Assembly (NCBI GenBank): GCA_023230425.1
Contig: JALNXI010000001.1
Coordinates: forward strand, 1-43,478
DNA from: Methanoculleus sp.
GTDB lineage: Archaea > Halobacteriota > Methanomicrobia > Methanomicrobiales > Methanoculleaceae
Length of the DNA stretch: 43,478 nt
Direction: 5' to 3'
The notes beneath the pieces were generated by a model, which did not search any database, had not been told where the DNA came from, and saw only the letters and a program-made list of their open reading frames with translations. Position 1 is the stretch's first letter, and each line of letters opens with the position of its first letter. This document shows positions 16,181-26,874 of the stretch, piece after piece. The position numbers were made by a program, and so were the translations under genes.

Positions 16181-16759
16181 TCACGCCCCCATCCGGCAGA
16201 GGTCCCGCATCGCCCGGAGCACAAAGAGGGTCTCGTCCTCAAGCGGCTCTGTATCAACGACAAACGAGACAAATCCCCGGCGGGCGAAGAGTTCCCGCAC
16301 CGCGTCCAGGTCGGTCAGGGACGATACCAGGAGGAGGACCCGCCCGAAAGGAGCCAGCACCCGCCCAACGTCCGCGATGAACCGCTCAATCACCGCCCTC
16401 CCCGTCGGCCCGCCGTCAAGGGCGTACTCCAGCCAGTCGTCGATCCGCTCATCGGGAAGCGTCGGCAGGTAGGGCGGGTTGAAGAGGATGAGATCGAAGG
16501 GGCCCGTAAGCCCCGCAACAAGATCGGCCCTGACCGCCTCCACAGCCCGGGCACGGGCGCACGCAACCGCGTGGGGGTTGATGTCGGTCGCGACCACCCC
16601 CGCCGCCCGGCCCAGAAGTCCGGCCGCGACATACCCGCTCCCGGTCCCGACCTCCAGCACCCGGTCGGTCGGGCGGACCTCCCGGAGCGCCGCCCGGAGG
16701 AGGAGGTATGAGTCCTCGGCAGGAGGATAGACCTGGTCGGGGACCCCCCGGTCACGCAT
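16181..16759 (-). CDS. HemK2/MTQ2-family protein methyltransferase
   Basis: VYPPAEDSYLL, LEVGTGSG, FNPPY motifs. Confidence 0.92.
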   Translation of the reverse strand: MRDRGVPDQVYPPAEDSYLLLRAALREVRPTDRVLEVGTGSGYVAAGLLGRAAGVVATDINPHAVACARARAVEAVRADLVAGLTGPFDLILFNPPYLPTLPDERIDDWLEYALDGGPTGRAVIERFIADVGRVLAPFGRVLLLVSSLTDLDAVRELFARRGFVSFVVDTEPLEDETLFVLRAMRDLCRMGA

Positions 16760-17537
16760 CGTCCAGGCACCCGCTCATCCGGTTTGCTATAAGCGCAAAC
16801 TCTTCAAGCGTCAGGTTCTCAGGCCGCCGCTGCAGGAGGTCCTCGGGGAGGCCCGCGATCACCCGCTCAATAACCTCAGGCGCAAAAGAGTCCTTGCCGC
16901 TCCGGAGCCCCTTCCGGACGGTCTTCCTCCGGTGGGAGAAGAGCACCCTGACCACGTCGGCGTACACCCTCCGGTCCGCGATGGGATGCGGCGGTTCGTG
17001 CGGCGTGACCCGGACAACCCAGGAGCGGACCTGCGGTCTCGGGCGGAAAGCGGCGGGCGAGAGTTCAAGCAGCGGTTTCACGAAAGCATAGGTCTGCACC
17101 ATCACCGAGAGTCGCCCGACGGCGGGCGTCCCCGGCGGCGCGATCATCCGCTGGGCAAACTCCTTCTGGTACATAAGGACCGCAACCTCAAAGCCGATCG
17201 CGAGCAGCCGGAACGTGATCTTCGAGGAGGCAGAATAGGGGAGGTTCGCGACGACGATATCAAACGGCGGGAGGTCAACCTTCGTCGCGTCGCCCGGGAT
17301 GATCTCGAGGCGGCCCTCGTCGATATCATCGGCAAAGGTGACCTCAAGTTCTTCCACAAGACCCGGATCGATCTCGACCGCAACTACGCTCGCACCCCGG
17401 TCGAGGAGGGCGCGGGTGAGAACCCCTTCACCGGGCCCGATCTCGAGAACCCTCCGGCCGGAAACGTCAACAAACCCGGCGATCTTCTCGACAGCCCTCC
17501 TGTCGACGAGGAAGTGCTGATCCCTCGGAGCACTCAT
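16752..17537 (-). CDS. rsmA: 16S rRNA dimethyladenosine transferase KsgA/RsmA
   Basis: DQHFL, LEIGPGEG, VANLPY, FRPRPQVRS, FSHRRK. Confidence 0.95.
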   Translation of the reverse strand: MSAPRDQHFLVDRRAVEKIAGFVDVSGRRVLEIGPGEGVLTRALLDRGASVVAVEIDPGLVEELEVTFADDIDEGRLEIIPGDATKVDLPPFDIVVANLPYSASSKITFRLLAIGFEVAVLMYQKEFAQRMIAPPGTPAVGRLSVMVQTYAFVKPLLELSPAAFRPRPQVRSWVVRVTPHEPPHPIADRRVYADVVRVLFSHRRKTVRKGLRSGKDSFAPEVIERVIAGLPEDLLQRRPENLTLEEFALIANRMSGCLDDA

Positions 17538-18097
17538 TTCAGCGTGAAGACATGATACTTCTCATCCGGGTCCTCGATCTCGCGCAGGATCCGGCTGATG
17601 ATCATACGTTCCGGGTGCGGTATCGATCTGATCCGCCCTGATATGTCCGCGAAACTTTCGAACGGCTTCTTCTCCCGCTGCTCGATTATCTCCCACATCA
17701 GTTTCTTCCCGATGCCGGGGAGCAGGTGCAACATGTGGAACTTCGGTGTGATCGGAAGAGATTTATTGAAGAAGTCGACGAACCGCAACTCGTTCTCACG
17801 GACGATCTTCTCAACCACAAACGGCAGTTCCAGTTTAGCCGTCGCCGTCAGGTCCGTGTAACTTATACGCCGCTTAACGCGCTCGATCTTCTCCCGTTCC
17901 GCATCACCGATGTAGACACGGTCGTAGATCTGGATATCCGCACCTGCCTTCGGGACAAGCTCGAGCAGTTTGAACTGGTCCACGCCGATAGCAAGGATAA
18001 CCGGTTCGCGCTTGTAGACAGGACGCTGGTCACCCATATATCCCATAGGGAGTATATCGATGATTACAGCGGTCTCCTCTTTCTTTTCGGTCTTCAT
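17534..18097 (-). CDS. DUF655 family putative RNA-binding protein
   Basis: HMLHLLPGIGKK helix-hairpin-helix motif; conserved position next to rpoF; GTG 18106 is an alternative start. Confidence 0.88.
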   Translation of the reverse strand: MKTEKKEETAVIIDILPMGYMGDQRPVYKREPVILAIGVDQFKLLELVPKAGADIQIYDRVYIGDAEREKIERVKRRISYTDLTATAKLELPFVVEKIVRENELRFVDFFNKSLPITPKFHMLHLLPGIGKKLMWEIIEQREKKPFESFADISGRIRSIPHPERMIISRILREIEDPDEKYHVFTLK

Positions 18098-18114
18098 TGA
18101 CACCACCCCTTCAG

Positions 18115-18465
18115 TTAGAAGTGGGTCATTACCAGATCGAGGATCTCGTCCAGCTCATCCGCCGTGAGGTTGAACCGTTCTTTGGCGTAGATGGCTCGCA
18201 GCTCATCCCTGGTCCGCGGCATCAGGTTCGCGATGCGGTAGGCGATCTCTTCTTTCATCTTCTCGAGCTTCATGAGCTCGCCTACCAGCTCGCGGGCCTT
18301 CTCGGCTGATGTCTTTGAGAGATGATTGGCATGCTCGATACTCTTACGAAGCTCGTAGGACATCTCTTCTCCGGACTCGAGTCGGACTGCCTCCACGCTG
18401 AGAAGTGTATCACGCAGTTCGGGAAGCAGCATCCGCTCTTCGCTGACGATTCGTTTTACTTTCAT
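18115..18465 (-). CDS. rpoF: RNA polymerase subunit F (Rpo4/Rpb4)
   Basis: IANLMPRTRDELRAIYAKER motif; lies between rpl21e and DUF655. Confidence 0.92.
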   Translation of the reverse strand: MKVKRIVSEERMLLPELRDTLLSVEAVRLESGEEMSYELRKSIEHANHLSKTSAEKARELVGELMKLEKMKEEIAYRIANLMPRTRDELRAIYAKERFNLTADELDEILDLVMTHF

Positions 18466-18486
18466 GCCAATCACTACTGTTGAGGG

Positions 18487-18780
18487 TTAGACCTTCTGCG
18501 CTTTTAGATGTTGCGGTCTCGCAATCACCTGTTTCATCGTCTCTCCATCCCTGACCTCGAGCACCCATGCGCGTCCGCGCTGTCCGATGACCGTGCCGGT
18601 CTTTCCGTGGAATCTCCGGTGGGGCATGCCCTTCTGGACACTCGGCTCGACCACAACGTGTACCCTCTGCCCGATCTCGAAATTCTGAATCACCGAGGTG
18701 ACCGGGGGGATACCGCGTTTTCGGAGGTCCTTCTTGAACTTATACCGCGTCTTCTTGCGTGGTCCATTGTGATGTGCCAT
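18487..18780 (-). CDS. rpl21e: 50S ribosomal protein L21e
   Basis: GPRKKTR, KGMPHRRFHGKTG, RPQHL. Confidence 0.96.
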   Translation of the reverse strand: MAHHNGPRKKTRYKFKKDLRKRGIPPVTSVIQNFEIGQRVHVVVEPSVQKGMPHRRFHGKTGTVIGQRGRAWVLEVRDGETMKQVIARPQHLKAQKV

Positions 18781-18783
18781 TGA

Positions 18784-20022
18784 TTACTCACCATACTCAT
18801 TCGCTGTTTTGACCAGCACCACATCGAGGCTGACAACACTTGCTGTGCGCCCCAGGATCTGGGCAAGGCTGGGCTGGGTTCTGCCGCTGTCACCCGATAT
18901 CAGTTCTTTGATGTAGAGGCCCGCTTCGCCGACGACTTCAACCCAATATCTGTCGTCTTGCCTGCCCGTACACCCGATATCGAGGACCTGCCGTTCCCGA
19001 ACTTTATCTGCCCGTCGGTGTGACACCCGGATAGGGGTGCGCTGCCGTATCGTTACACCTTTTAGCTGATCGAGGGCCGCCCTGAACTCATCTGACGCTA
19101 CAGGGCCGTCGATCTCGACCAGGATCCTGTATTTTTTATGCGCTTTGTCGGACTTAAGGCTTTGCACCATCTTCCGATCCGCCCATCCGGTCAGATGGAC
19201 CGCCACTCTGCCGTCGGCGCTCCGGTTGATCTCCTCCTCAAGGGCTACGAGATCAACCGATCGCTTCATCGGCGCCTCGACCTCCATAACGAAGGGGCGA
19301 CCCGACCCGAGCATCCGGGCATCGATATCTTCCCGGCCGGCGCCGTGAAGGACGGCGTTCTCCGCGTCGAAGGCCTCGATCACCGGCCGGCCAATCAGTT
19401 CCTCGACGGAGTCCATGTACTGCTTGCCGGTGTAGCCGCATCGCTCGCACCCGACCCCCCGGCAGGCCCGGCAGTCCCAGTGGGTCTGGGGGATGCCCCG
19501 TTCGTACTTCATGTACCGGCCGACGAAGAAGACAGGGTTGACCTGCACCTCGACGGTACCTTCCGCGAGGTCGAGGATCGTCACGACGTCGGGTCTTTTG
19601 AGGTCAGCCTCCTTCCCGGAGAGCGCCGAGACGGCCTTACCGACCTCCCGGTTCATCTCTGCCTTCAGTGGTTCGGGGTCACGGAGGGAGAGGTCGCTCC
19701 AGACCATCTCCTCGCTCTCCGCCACGAGCGGCGGCACTTTCGTCCCGACGAGAAACGTATCGAACTCGATCCCGCGCACCGCTTCGACGACCTTCGCGGC
19801 CCATATATCGGTGCGGGCGAGTTCGCCGCCGCAGAGCCAGCAGGACTCCGGAACCGGCTCCTGGTGCGGCTCGTTTGCCACGATCTCCCGCGTGACCCGC
19901 AATGCCCGGCCACGCTCCTCGTTCGTCAGCCCAAACGACCGCTTACCGAAGAAACGCCCGAGACAGTTGTTGCAGGTATCGCCATATCCAAGAATTGCTT
20001 CTACCTCTTCGATGATATCCAT
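18784..20022 (-). CDS. pus10: tRNA pseudouridine(54/55) synthase Pus10
   Basis: CxxCLGR N-terminus, HGAGREDIDARMLGSGRPF, GLYIKELISGDSGRTQPSL. Confidence 0.95.
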   Translation of the reverse strand: MDIIEEVEAILGYGDTCNNCLGRFFGKRSFGLTNEERGRALRVTREIVANEPHQEPVPESCWLCGGELARTDIWAAKVVEAVRGIEFDTFLVGTKVPPLVAESEEMVWSDLSLRDPEPLKAEMNREVGKAVSALSGKEADLKRPDVVTILDLAEGTVEVQVNPVFFVGRYMKYERGIPQTHWDCRACRGVGCERCGYTGKQYMDSVEELIGRPVIEAFDAENAVLHGAGREDIDARMLGSGRPFVMEVEAPMKRSVDLVALEEEINRSADGRVAVHLTGWADRKMVQSLKSDKAHKKYRILVEIDGPVASDEFRAALDQLKGVTIRQRTPIRVSHRRADKVRERQVLDIGCTGRQDDRYWVEVVGEAGLYIKELISGDSGRTQPSLAQILGRTASVVSLDVVLVKTANEYGE

Positions 20023-20591
20023 CCGGATTCCCTCCGGTCCATCTCGTTTAAGAGGACGGTGATAGTATGATCGGCATGCAGCGACCGCGGCCCCACCGAG
20101 TAGCGATCGCGTCCCTCGATCAGGGCCTGCTCCTCGGCAGTAAAGTTGTGGTGGTCGGAGAGGAGACAGGCCTCCGGTAACGCCGGGGCGGTTCTGATAT
20201 CCTCGCCCTCCTCATCGAGGACGGCAAACGGTATATCAGAAAGCAGCCTTGCGAGCCCGCCGCGGCGGACGCAGACGCCCGGGGTTGACTCCCTGAACTC
20301 GTTCCCGCAGGGGATCGAGAGCGCCTTCTTGATCAGGGCAGCGCTGCTCCGCTCATCCGGCGAGAGGTAGCGGAGAGTGCTTCCCTGGAAGAGGACGGTC
20401 TTCTCGGGCCCTGGTTCACCGCAGAGGACCAGGTAGCACTCGACGTCGCGCCGGAGGTCGTGAGAGAGGAAGAACGAGGAGTTGACGCAGCGGCAGAGGA
20501 CGTCCATCCTCCCGGCACTCCCGGCGAGATCGTTGAGGCTGAAGGTGCCGCTCGTTGCGGCAAGGTGACCCACGATGGCAAACCGCTTCAT
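20001..20591 (-). CDS. trmY: tRNA (pseudouridine(54)-N1)-methyltransferase
   Basis: FSLNDLAGSAGRMDVLCR, LSHDLRRD, PDERS, LSDHH, SVGPRSLHA. Confidence 0.93.
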   Translation of the reverse strand: MKRFAIVGHLAATSGTFSLNDLAGSAGRMDVLCRCVNSSFFLSHDLRRDVECYLVLCGEPGPEKTVLFQGSTLRYLSPDERSSAALIKKALSIPCGNEFRESTPGVCVRRGGLARLLSDIPFAVLDEEGEDIRTAPALPEACLLSDHHNFTAEEQALIEGRDRYSVGPRSLHADHTITVLLNEMDRRESGWISSKR

Positions 20592-21920
20592 CTACTGGGT
20601 CCTGCCGAACTTCTTCATTACGCGTTGCATGTTGAACTTGCCGCCGCCCATGCCCCGCATGCCCTTTAAGGCGCGTTGCATGATCTTGTAGTACTTGATG
20701 AGATCCCTGACATCTTCAGGCGCCACACCGGCACCGCGGGCGATACGCTGGATCCGGGAACTCCCGATCACCGAGGGGTCGTCGAGTTCCGCGGACGTCA
20801 TCGAGTCCATGATCACCTTGTAGCGCTGCATCTTGGTGCTGGTGATGTCGTAGGCGTCGTCGGGGATCTGCATGCCACCGAGGGGGAGCATGCTCATGAT
20901 CTGCTTTAAGGGCCCCATCTTGTTCAACGCCTCGAGCTGCTTGTACATATCCCGGAGCGTGAACCTGCCCTTGAGCATGGCGTTGACGTCGACATCCTCG
21001 GCCGAGACGGCTTCCTCCGCCCGCTCGACGAGCGCTTTTAAGTCGCCCATACCAAGCAGCCGGGATATGAACCCGTCCGGATCGAACCGTTCGAGGTCCT
21101 CGACCGTCTCGCCGCTCCCGATGAAGACAATACCGCTCTGTGTCTCCGAGACGGCGGAGAGTGCGCCGCCGCCCCGTGCGGTGCCGTCCATCTTGGTGAC
21201 GAGGACACCGTCGATCCCGATCGCCTCGTGGAACCGGCGTGCCTGTTCGCTCGCCTGCTGGCCGAGCGCCGCATCGATCACCAGCCAGCGGTGGTCGGCG
21301 TGCGAGATATCGTTGATGTTGACAATCTCCTCGATCAGGTTCTCCTCGAGTGCATGTCGCCCCTGGGTATCGATGATGATTACTTCATACGACTTGCGGA
21401 ACCGGGGCAGCCCCTCCCGGACGATCTTGAGTGCGTCGGGCTCCCCGGGGTCACCGAAACAGGGGACGCTGATCCGGTCGCAGAGCGTCTTCAACTGGAC
21501 GTACGCACCCGGCCGGAAGGTGTCGGCGCAGATCACACCGACCCGCAGCCCCTTCCGCTGGAAGTAGCGGGCGAGCTTTGCCGTCGTCGTGGTCTTCCCG
21601 CTCCCCTGCAGTCCCGCCATCAAGATCGTCTGGGGCCCAAGCGTCACCGCTCCCGGCGTCCCCATCAGCCGGACGAGCTCCTGGTAGACGATCCGGAGGA
21701 CGTGCTCCCGGACGCCCATACCTTTCGGGGGCTCCTCATCGAGGGCACGCTGCTTTATCGCCTGCGAGAGCTGCATCACGAGTTTGACGTTGACGTCGGC
21801 CTGCAGCAGCGCCCGCTGCAGGTCGCGGACCAGTTCGTCGACCGCAGCCCGGTCGATCACCGTCTTGCCGGCGAGTTTCTTGACTGCGTCCTTCAAGGAC
21901 GTACCAAGGTTATCAAGCAT
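20592..21920 (-). CDS. srp54: Signal recognition particle protein Srp54
   Basis: [21 protein letters not shown], Met-rich M domain. Confidence 0.96.
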   Translation of the reverse strand: MLDNLGTSLKDAVKKLAGKTVIDRAAVDELVRDLQRALLQADVNVKLVMQLSQAIKQRALDEEPPKGMGVREHVLRIVYQELVRLMGTPGAVTLGPQTILMAGLQGSGKTTTTAKLARYFQRKGLRVGVICADTFRPGAYVQLKTLCDRISVPCFGDPGEPDALKIVREGLPRFRKSYEVIIIDTQGRHALEENLIEEIVNINDISHADHRWLVIDAALGQQASEQARRFHEAIGIDGVLVTKMDGTARGGGALSAVSETQSGIVFIGSGETVEDLERFDPDGFISRLLGMGDLKALVERAEEAVSAEDVDVNAMLKGRFTLRDMYKQLEALNKMGPLKQIMSMLPLGGMQIPDDAYDITSTKMQRYKVIMDSMTSAELDDPSVIGSSRIQRIARGAGVAPEDVRDLIKYYKIMQRALKGMRGMGGGKFNMQRVMKKFGRTQ

Positions 21921-23017
21921 CAGGTATCATCTCCCAGCAGTTCGTCGACCACGATGCGGGGCGAGAACGGCATGATATCGTCGTAACCCTGGCCAGTCCC
22001 GAGGAAGAGGATCGGTTTTCCGACGGTATGCGCAACCGATATGGCCGCACCCCCCTTCGGGTCCATATCCGCCTTCGTCAGGACGACCGCGTCGGTGCCG
22101 ACGGCCCGGTTGAACTCATCGGCCCGGATGACCGCATCGTTCCCCGCCACCGCCTCATCGACGTAGACGACGAGGTCGGGCTTCATGACCCGCCGTATCT
22201 TCTCGAGCTGGTTCATGAGGTTCGCCCGGTTGTGGAACCGGCCGGCCGTATCGGCGAGAACGACATCGATATCGTGCGCTTTCGCGTACTGGACCGCGTC
22301 AAAGAGGACCGCAGAGGGGTCGGCGCCCGCCTGGTGCTGGATCACCTTGATACCGAGACGATCGGCATGGGTCCGGATCTGCTCGATCGCCCCCGCACGG
22401 AAGGTGTCGCCTGCGCCGATCACGACCGTAAATCCGTTCTTCTGGAGATAATGGCCGACCTTTGCGACAGTCGTCGTCTTGCCGGTCCCGTTCACGCCGG
22501 TGAAGAGGATCTTCACGGGCCGCTCGTGCTCTCGGATGTAGCCGCAAAGGTCGAAGCCTTCACCCAGCACGCCACAGAGCGCTGACCGCAGGGTTGACGC
22601 GACCAGGTCGTCGACGGAGGAGCCAATCTTTCTGTGCCGTCCCACAAGGTCCCGGCGCATCCGGGCGATGATCTCATCCGTGACCGGGAGTGCGACGTCG
22701 TTCTCAAGGAGGACCATCTCGAGCTCAAACAGGGGCTCTTCGATATCCTTCTCCTGGAGGAGGACCTCCCGTTCCCGGACAAGAACCTTTAACTTGTTGA
22801 AAAATGTGGGTTTCTCCCGCTCCCCCTCCGGAACAACCTCCCCGGAGACCGGGAGTTCGGGCGGGGCAAGGCGGGAAGGCCCGGGCTCTGCAGCCTGCAC
22901 TTCCTCCGGCGATTCTTCGACGACCGGCGGTGCCGGTTCGGCCCCGGCAGCCTCCTCGATATTCGAGGCGAATTTAGTTCTTATATTCTGAAGTTTTTTC
23001 TTTAAGGAATCAAACAT
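21920..23017 (-). CDS. ftsY: SRP receptor FtsY
   Basis: [26 protein letters not shown]; stop overlaps the srp54 start (TGATG). Confidence 0.96.
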   Translation of the reverse strand: MFDSLKKKLQNIRTKFASNIEEAAGAEPAPPVVEESPEEVQAAEPGPSRLAPPELPVSGEVVPEGEREKPTFFNKLKVLVREREVLLQEKDIEEPLFELEMVLLENDVALPVTDEIIARMRRDLVGRHRKIGSSVDDLVASTLRSALCGVLGEGFDLCGYIREHERPVKILFTGVNGTGKTTTVAKVGHYLQKNGFTVVIGAGDTFRAGAIEQIRTHADRLGIKVIQHQAGADPSAVLFDAVQYAKAHDIDVVLADTAGRFHNRANLMNQLEKIRRVMKPDLVVYVDEAVAGNDAVIRADEFNRAVGTDAVVLTKADMDPKGGAAISVAHTVGKPILFLGTGQGYDDIMPFSPRIVVDELLGDDT

Positions 23018-23019
23018 TA

Positions 23020-23466
23020 TCAGATTCCGCCCTGGCCTGCCTGAGCCTGCCGGGCCCCCCGATAGGCCGCCTCAAGGCGGCGGGAGATCTCCGTTGCCTG
23101 CCCCTGCAACTGCTCGACTGAACCTGCGACTTTCTTCCCCAGTGCCTCAAGTTCAGTTATCCGATCCTCTAGATACTCCACCGCATCCGCACTGGCCTGT
23201 TCGACAGAGACGTCAGCCCCGATGTTCACGAGGACATGACCGGCGTCGAGCACCTTCACCCGGAGGAGAGCGCCACCCCCGACGGGGAGAAGGACGATAC
23301 CGTCCCCACTCTCCTGGATGGCCCGGATCGATTCGATAGCAGCGGCGGATTCAAGGCGCTGCTGCTCGATCATCCCAAGCTGCTGCGTCAGGAGTTCTAT
23401 CTGCTGCCCGTACTCGTTTAAGTACATCTGGAGGGTCTGTATCTCGCGAGGATCTGCCCGGTCCAC
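23020..23466 (-). CDS. pfdA: Prefoldin subunit alpha
   Basis: Coiled coil - beta hairpins (LLPVGGG, VLVNIGADVSVE) - coiled coil; start uncertain (GTG 23466 or 23475). Confidence 0.9.
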   Translation of the reverse strand: MDRADPREIQTLQMYLNEYGQQIELLTQQLGMIEQQRLESAAAIESIRAIQESGDGIVLLPVGGGALLRVKVLDAGHVLVNIGADVSVEQASADAVEYLEDRITELEALGKKVAGSVEQLQGQATEISRRLEAAYRGARQAQAGQGGI

Positions 23467-23467
23467 G

Positions 23468-23659
23468 TCATTCACCAACTACTACGTTAACCGTCTCGAT
23501 GGTGATATAACTTCTCTTCAGGCGGTGTTTGCTCCCGATATCCGCGAGAACCCTCTCTCTGGCCTGGTTCTCGTTCGGAGCTCCGATGACCTTCCGGTAT
23601 GGTTTCCACTCGTTGTTGATCTTGCACGCGCCCACAACTTCAAACGTCTGGTTCTCCAT
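23468..23659 (-). CDS. rpl18a: 50S ribosomal protein LX (L18Ae)
   Basis: IGSKHRLKR motif; lies between eIF6 and pfdA; ATG at 23659. Confidence 0.9.
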   Translation of the reverse strand: MENQTFEVVGACKINNEWKPYRKVIGAPNENQARERVLADIGSKHRLKRSYITIETVNVVVGE

Positions 23660-23666
23660 GACTAAT

Positions 23667-24329
23667 TCACTCCAAAAACCCAAAGACTTCTTCTATTCGT
23701 CCCAGCTCAAACCCGCTCGTAACGGACCCTGCGATATACCCCTTGCTGTTCGCAAGAAGCCCGGTTCCTACGAGACCGCTTCCCATGTTGACCGAACCAA
23801 GGCCGATGGGGAGGTCGAGCACCCGCTCAAGGGCGGCGATCTCCGTATCATTGGCCCTCGGGTGGACGAGAATACCTTTGTTCGTGGCGTACCCGGCCAT
23901 GCCGACGGTTTTGATGCCTCCGAGCGAGAGCCGGATCACCGGCACACCCAGGAACGAACCGATCTCTTCGGCGACATCGATCTCCATATCGGGATGGACG
24001 GCAGCAACGTAGTCGTTGGCGAGAATAACGTTGCCCGCCGCGTTCATGGAACCCTCGAGCAGGAGGACATCACGGTACTCCCTGAGGGCCGCCAGTTCAT
24101 CGTCTGCGGCGAGACCGCTGACGACCAGGCCCTGGCTGTTTCCCGCAACAAGCGAGCCGATGATGCTACTCCCCTGTATAAAGGTGGTCACGATATCGAC
24201 ATCGAGTTCTCGTGCGAGAGCCTCAATGAACTCCTCGGGAGCCCCGGGGTATACGACCGCTATATCCTCAAATACACGGGCATAGACACCAATGTTTGGA
24301 TCGCCGGTGAGATCGATCGTCCCTGTCAT
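23667..24329 (-). CDS. eif6: Translation initiation factor 6 (aIF6)
   Basis: [34 protein letters not shown]. Confidence 0.95.
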   Translation of the reverse strand: MTGTIDLTGDPNIGVYARVFEDIAVVYPGAPEEFIEALARELDVDIVTTFIQGSSIIGSLVAGNSQGLVVSGLAADDELAALREYRDVLLLEGSMNAAGNVILANDYVAAVHPDMEIDVAEEIGSFLGVPVIRLSLGGIKTVGMAGYATNKGILVHPRANDTEIAALERVLDLPIGLGSVNMGSGLVGTGLLANSKGYIAGSVTSGFELGRIEEVFGFLE

Positions 24330-24330
24330 T

Positions 24331-24594
24331 TCACTCCTCAGCGAGCTCGGCCTGGACCTGCCCGTCCTCGAACTTCATCGCGCGGACGCGAATCTTTCGC
24401 GGGGGCTTTCCGCTACCGTTCTCCCAGACCTTCTCATTGATGCTCTTATCCAGTTTGACATCCTCGCTCTTCATGTGCCGCCCGAGGAACGCCCGGATGT
24501 CTTTGATGGCGGTGTTGCCCCTCTTCCACCGGGGTGAACGCTTCACCTCACGGAGAGGAATGATATAGATATGCTCCTTTAATGCCTCTGCCAT
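24331..24594 (-). CDS. rpl31e: 50S ribosomal protein L31e
   Basis: YIIPLR, PRWKR, INEKVW, PPRKIRV. Confidence 0.95.
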   Translation of the reverse strand: MAEALKEHIYIIPLREVKRSPRWKRGNTAIKDIRAFLGRHMKSEDVKLDKSINEKVWENGSGKPPRKIRVRAMKFEDGQVQAELAEE

Positions 24595-24599
24595 AATCC

Positions 24600-24752
24600 T
24601 TACACCTTTAAGGTACTCCGTCTCCAGTTACGCCGCTTCGGATGCGACGAGACTGCACGGTTGGTCCTGATCATCACCCATGCCGGCACGCGGCGGTTCT
24701 GCTCGCATGCCTTTGCCAGCCGGATCTTCCGGCCCTTCATTACCTTACTCAT
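24600..24752 (-). CDS. rpl39e: 50S ribosomal protein L39e
   Basis: Manual translation [50 protein letters not shown] (50 aa, below the ORF-track cutoff). Confidence 0.95.
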   Translation of the reverse strand: MSKVMKGRKIRLAKACEQNRRVPAWVMIRTNRAVSSHPKRRNWRRSTLKV

Positions 24753-24772
24753 AGCTCTCACTCTCGCGTTCT

Positions 24773-25363
24773 TCAGGTCTCCCTCCTGCCGACCACCAGC
24801 GACTGCTGGTGGCCGGAGGGGAAGAATGACGCCGGATCGATACCGCGGGCGCGGATAGCCCGGCGGATCTCCTCTTCATAGTCACCGTTCCCGATGACGC
24901 CCGTCTCCCCGTACCGCACTACAAGCAGCCGTCCGGCGAGGCGTTCCACCTCCGATTTTCCATAGCCGAGGAGCGGCCGGACATAGGAGCAGCCGGAGGT
25001 CATCTCCAGGTGCTGCACCGCGGACCGCTCGATTCGGGGAACCCGATCTTCCCGGCGGGTGCCGTCGCCGACCACCGCATACTCACGGGAGAGGGTCTCG
25101 ATCGCCGTCTGATGGACCAGGGTGATTGCATCGTTGGGGTAGCCGCACGAAAGAAGCAGATCGACAGCCTCATCGAGCAGACCTTTCCCAAGCACCCTTC
25201 TGCGGAAAGGGAGGTTCAGAGCAGCTGCTGCAGCTCGAACCGCCGGAACCTCGCGGTCTGGATCGAATACACAGGTATTCAATTCCACGCCGTAGTCACG
25301 CGCAAGCATGATCGCCGCCAGCGCGCTATCTTTCCCTCCCGAGAAGAGCACACCTGCTTCCAT
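24773..25363 (-). CDS. PP-loop (adenine nucleotide alpha-hydrolase) family protein
   Basis: [10 protein letters not shown]-loop, [10 protein letters not shown]; conserved operon position. Confidence 0.85.
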   Translation of the reverse strand: MEAGVLFSGGKDSALAAIMLARDYGVELNTCVFDPDREVPAVRAAAAALNLPFRRRVLGKGLLDEAVDLLLSCGYPNDAITLVHQTAIETLSREYAVVGDGTRREDRVPRIERSAVQHLEMTSGCSYVRPLLGYGKSEVERLAGRLLVVRYGETGVIGNGDYEEEIRRAIRARGIDPASFFPSGHQQSLVVGRRET

Positions 25364-25704
25364 TACTTCCGCGTAATCCTGAATTCTTTCTTTGACGGCG
25401 TCAACTGCGTAAGCAGGCCTTTTAACTGATCATCAGTGATCCGCTGCCGGACCCTGCCGCTCTGGGCCAGCATCACCAGTTGCTGCTCGACCGCTTTCGC
25501 AAAATCCGGCCGGGTCAACTTGATGGTATTGAGCCTCTCCCTCGCTTCAGGTTCGAGGATCTCCATGAGCGCGACGCGGACCTGCGAGTCGATCTGCCGC
25601 TGGCGTTCCGCCTCATCTTCCATCGCCTGCTGATTCATCGCCTGCCGTTGCAACTGCTGTTCCATCTTCCGGCGGCGAAGTTCCGCGAGTTCGTCATCTA
25701 CCAT
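25363..25704 (-). CDS. PDCD5-family DNA-binding protein
   Basis: DELAELRRR, ILEPEARERL, VEQQLV, ITDDQLK. Confidence 0.92.
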   Translation of the reverse strand: MVDDELAELRRRKMEQQLQRQAMNQQAMEDEAERQRQIDSQVRVALMEILEPEARERLNTIKLTRPDFAKAVEQQLVMLAQSGRVRQRITDDQLKGLLTQLTPSKKEFRITRK

Positions 25705-25723
25705 CAGTCATACCTCCATCAGA

Positions 25724-26173
25724 TCAGTACTTTGTAAGTCCCGGCACAATCCCGGTAGCCTGAGCCTTCAGACCGCTTGCAACGTTGTCGAGGAAAGACC
25801 TGCCGGCCGCGGTGACCGTGCGCCCTCCGCTCGTGTGGGAGACGTACCCGGCCGCTTCGAGCTGCTGGAAGATTTTCCGGATGATCGAACCGCTTCCCCG
25901 CCTGAACTGGGAGGGAGCCGGGCCCCGGTTACGCTTGCCGCCGTAGATAGAGCGCATTCTCTGGATCCCGACCGGACCGTCGGTGTAGACGCGCCGGAAG
26001 ACCGACGCCGCACGCACATACCACCAGTCGCCATTCTCGGGGGGCATCTCTTTGTGTACCCCCGTCTTTGCAAAAGCAGCCCAGTCAGGGGGCTGGATCT
26101 GCGGATTTTTCTTGAGTTCTTCTGCCACCTGCCGGATAAACATATCGGCAGGGATGTCGTATACAGTCGTCAT
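25724..26173 (-). CDS. rps19e: 30S ribosomal protein S19e
   Basis: TTVYDIP, KTGVHKEMPP, WWYVRAAS, GSGSIIR. Confidence 0.96.
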   Translation of the reverse strand: MTTVYDIPADMFIRQVAEELKKNPQIQPPDWAAFAKTGVHKEMPPENGDWWYVRAASVFRRVYTDGPVGIQRMRSIYGGKRNRGPAPSQFRRGSGSIIRKIFQQLEAAGYVSHTSGGRTVTAAGRSFLDNVASGLKAQATGIVPGLTKY

Positions 26174-26224
26174 AGATGAACCTCACTATCGCTAACAGTC
26201 TTTACATATTCGTCCAGTGACGTT

Positions 26225-26485
26225 TTATATATTTCGAGAATCACGGCCGGCCGATCGGCTCCGCCGCTCCGTGAGGACGAACGTCCTCCCCCGGACCTCA
26301 AGGAGAACCGCACCGGCCGATGACGCTATCTCCTCGGGATCGACTTCGGTGTTCCGGAGCCACCTGACCTTTATGACCTTGCGGTCTTTGAGCTGGCGCC
26401 GGATCTCATCGATCATGACATTTGTGATGCCTCGCTTCCCTACCCAGATGGTAGGCTTGAGGTCCTGAAACGACTCTCTACTCAT
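26225..26485 (-). CDS. YhbY/CRM-domain RNA-binding protein
   Basis: MSRESFQDLKPTIWVGKRG...IKVRWL...VRGRTFVL; ATG 26485 overlaps the rnp4 stop. Confidence 0.88.
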   Translation of the reverse strand: MSRESFQDLKPTIWVGKRGITNVMIDEIRRQLKDRKVIKVRWLRNTEVDPEEIASSAGAVLLEVRGRTFVLTERRSRSAGRDSRNI

Positions 26486-26799
26486 GGTTGAGGCCTCCCG
26501 ACCGGATACCGTGACCGGTGCCCACAGGCAAGACAGGTGATGATCACGCGCCCCCGCTGGATCCTGACCCGGGCGTTCGACCCCGGGACCAGATAGACGC
26601 TGCACCGGCGGCAGAACCGGCGTTTCAGCGGCCGTTCCATCCGTATCCGGTGACGCATACCGATCCTTCGCGCCAGTTCCACGCAACGGTTACTCCATTC
26701 AGGGTTTGCCGGGTAGAACTCTGCAGCACGCGCAAAAAGGATAGAGATCCTCTCGCGGGCGAGCCTTCGGGAGCCTGATTTTCGTGTAGTATCTGCCAT
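26482..26799 (-). CDS. rnp4: Ribonuclease P protein component 4 (Rpp21)
   Basis: ARERI, FCRRC...LVPG.N.RVR, CLACG Zn ribbon. Confidence 0.93.
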   Translation of the reverse strand: MADTTRKSGSRRLARERISILFARAAEFYPANPEWSNRCVELARRIGMRHRIRMERPLKRRFCRRCSVYLVPGSNARVRIQRGRVIITCLACGHRSRYPVGRPQP

Positions 26800-26874
26800 G
26801 ATCCGATCCGTTTCACCGATTGGTGGGTTTTGAGGTTGGAGGCGGGAGAATATATAAGGATTTGATGCCCGACG

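Noticed and set aside
16181-26799. Novelty in the translation/SRP gene cluster
   Set aside because: Gene order matches the well-known conserved archaeal super-operon; nothing anomalous beyond rpl39e missing from the ORF track
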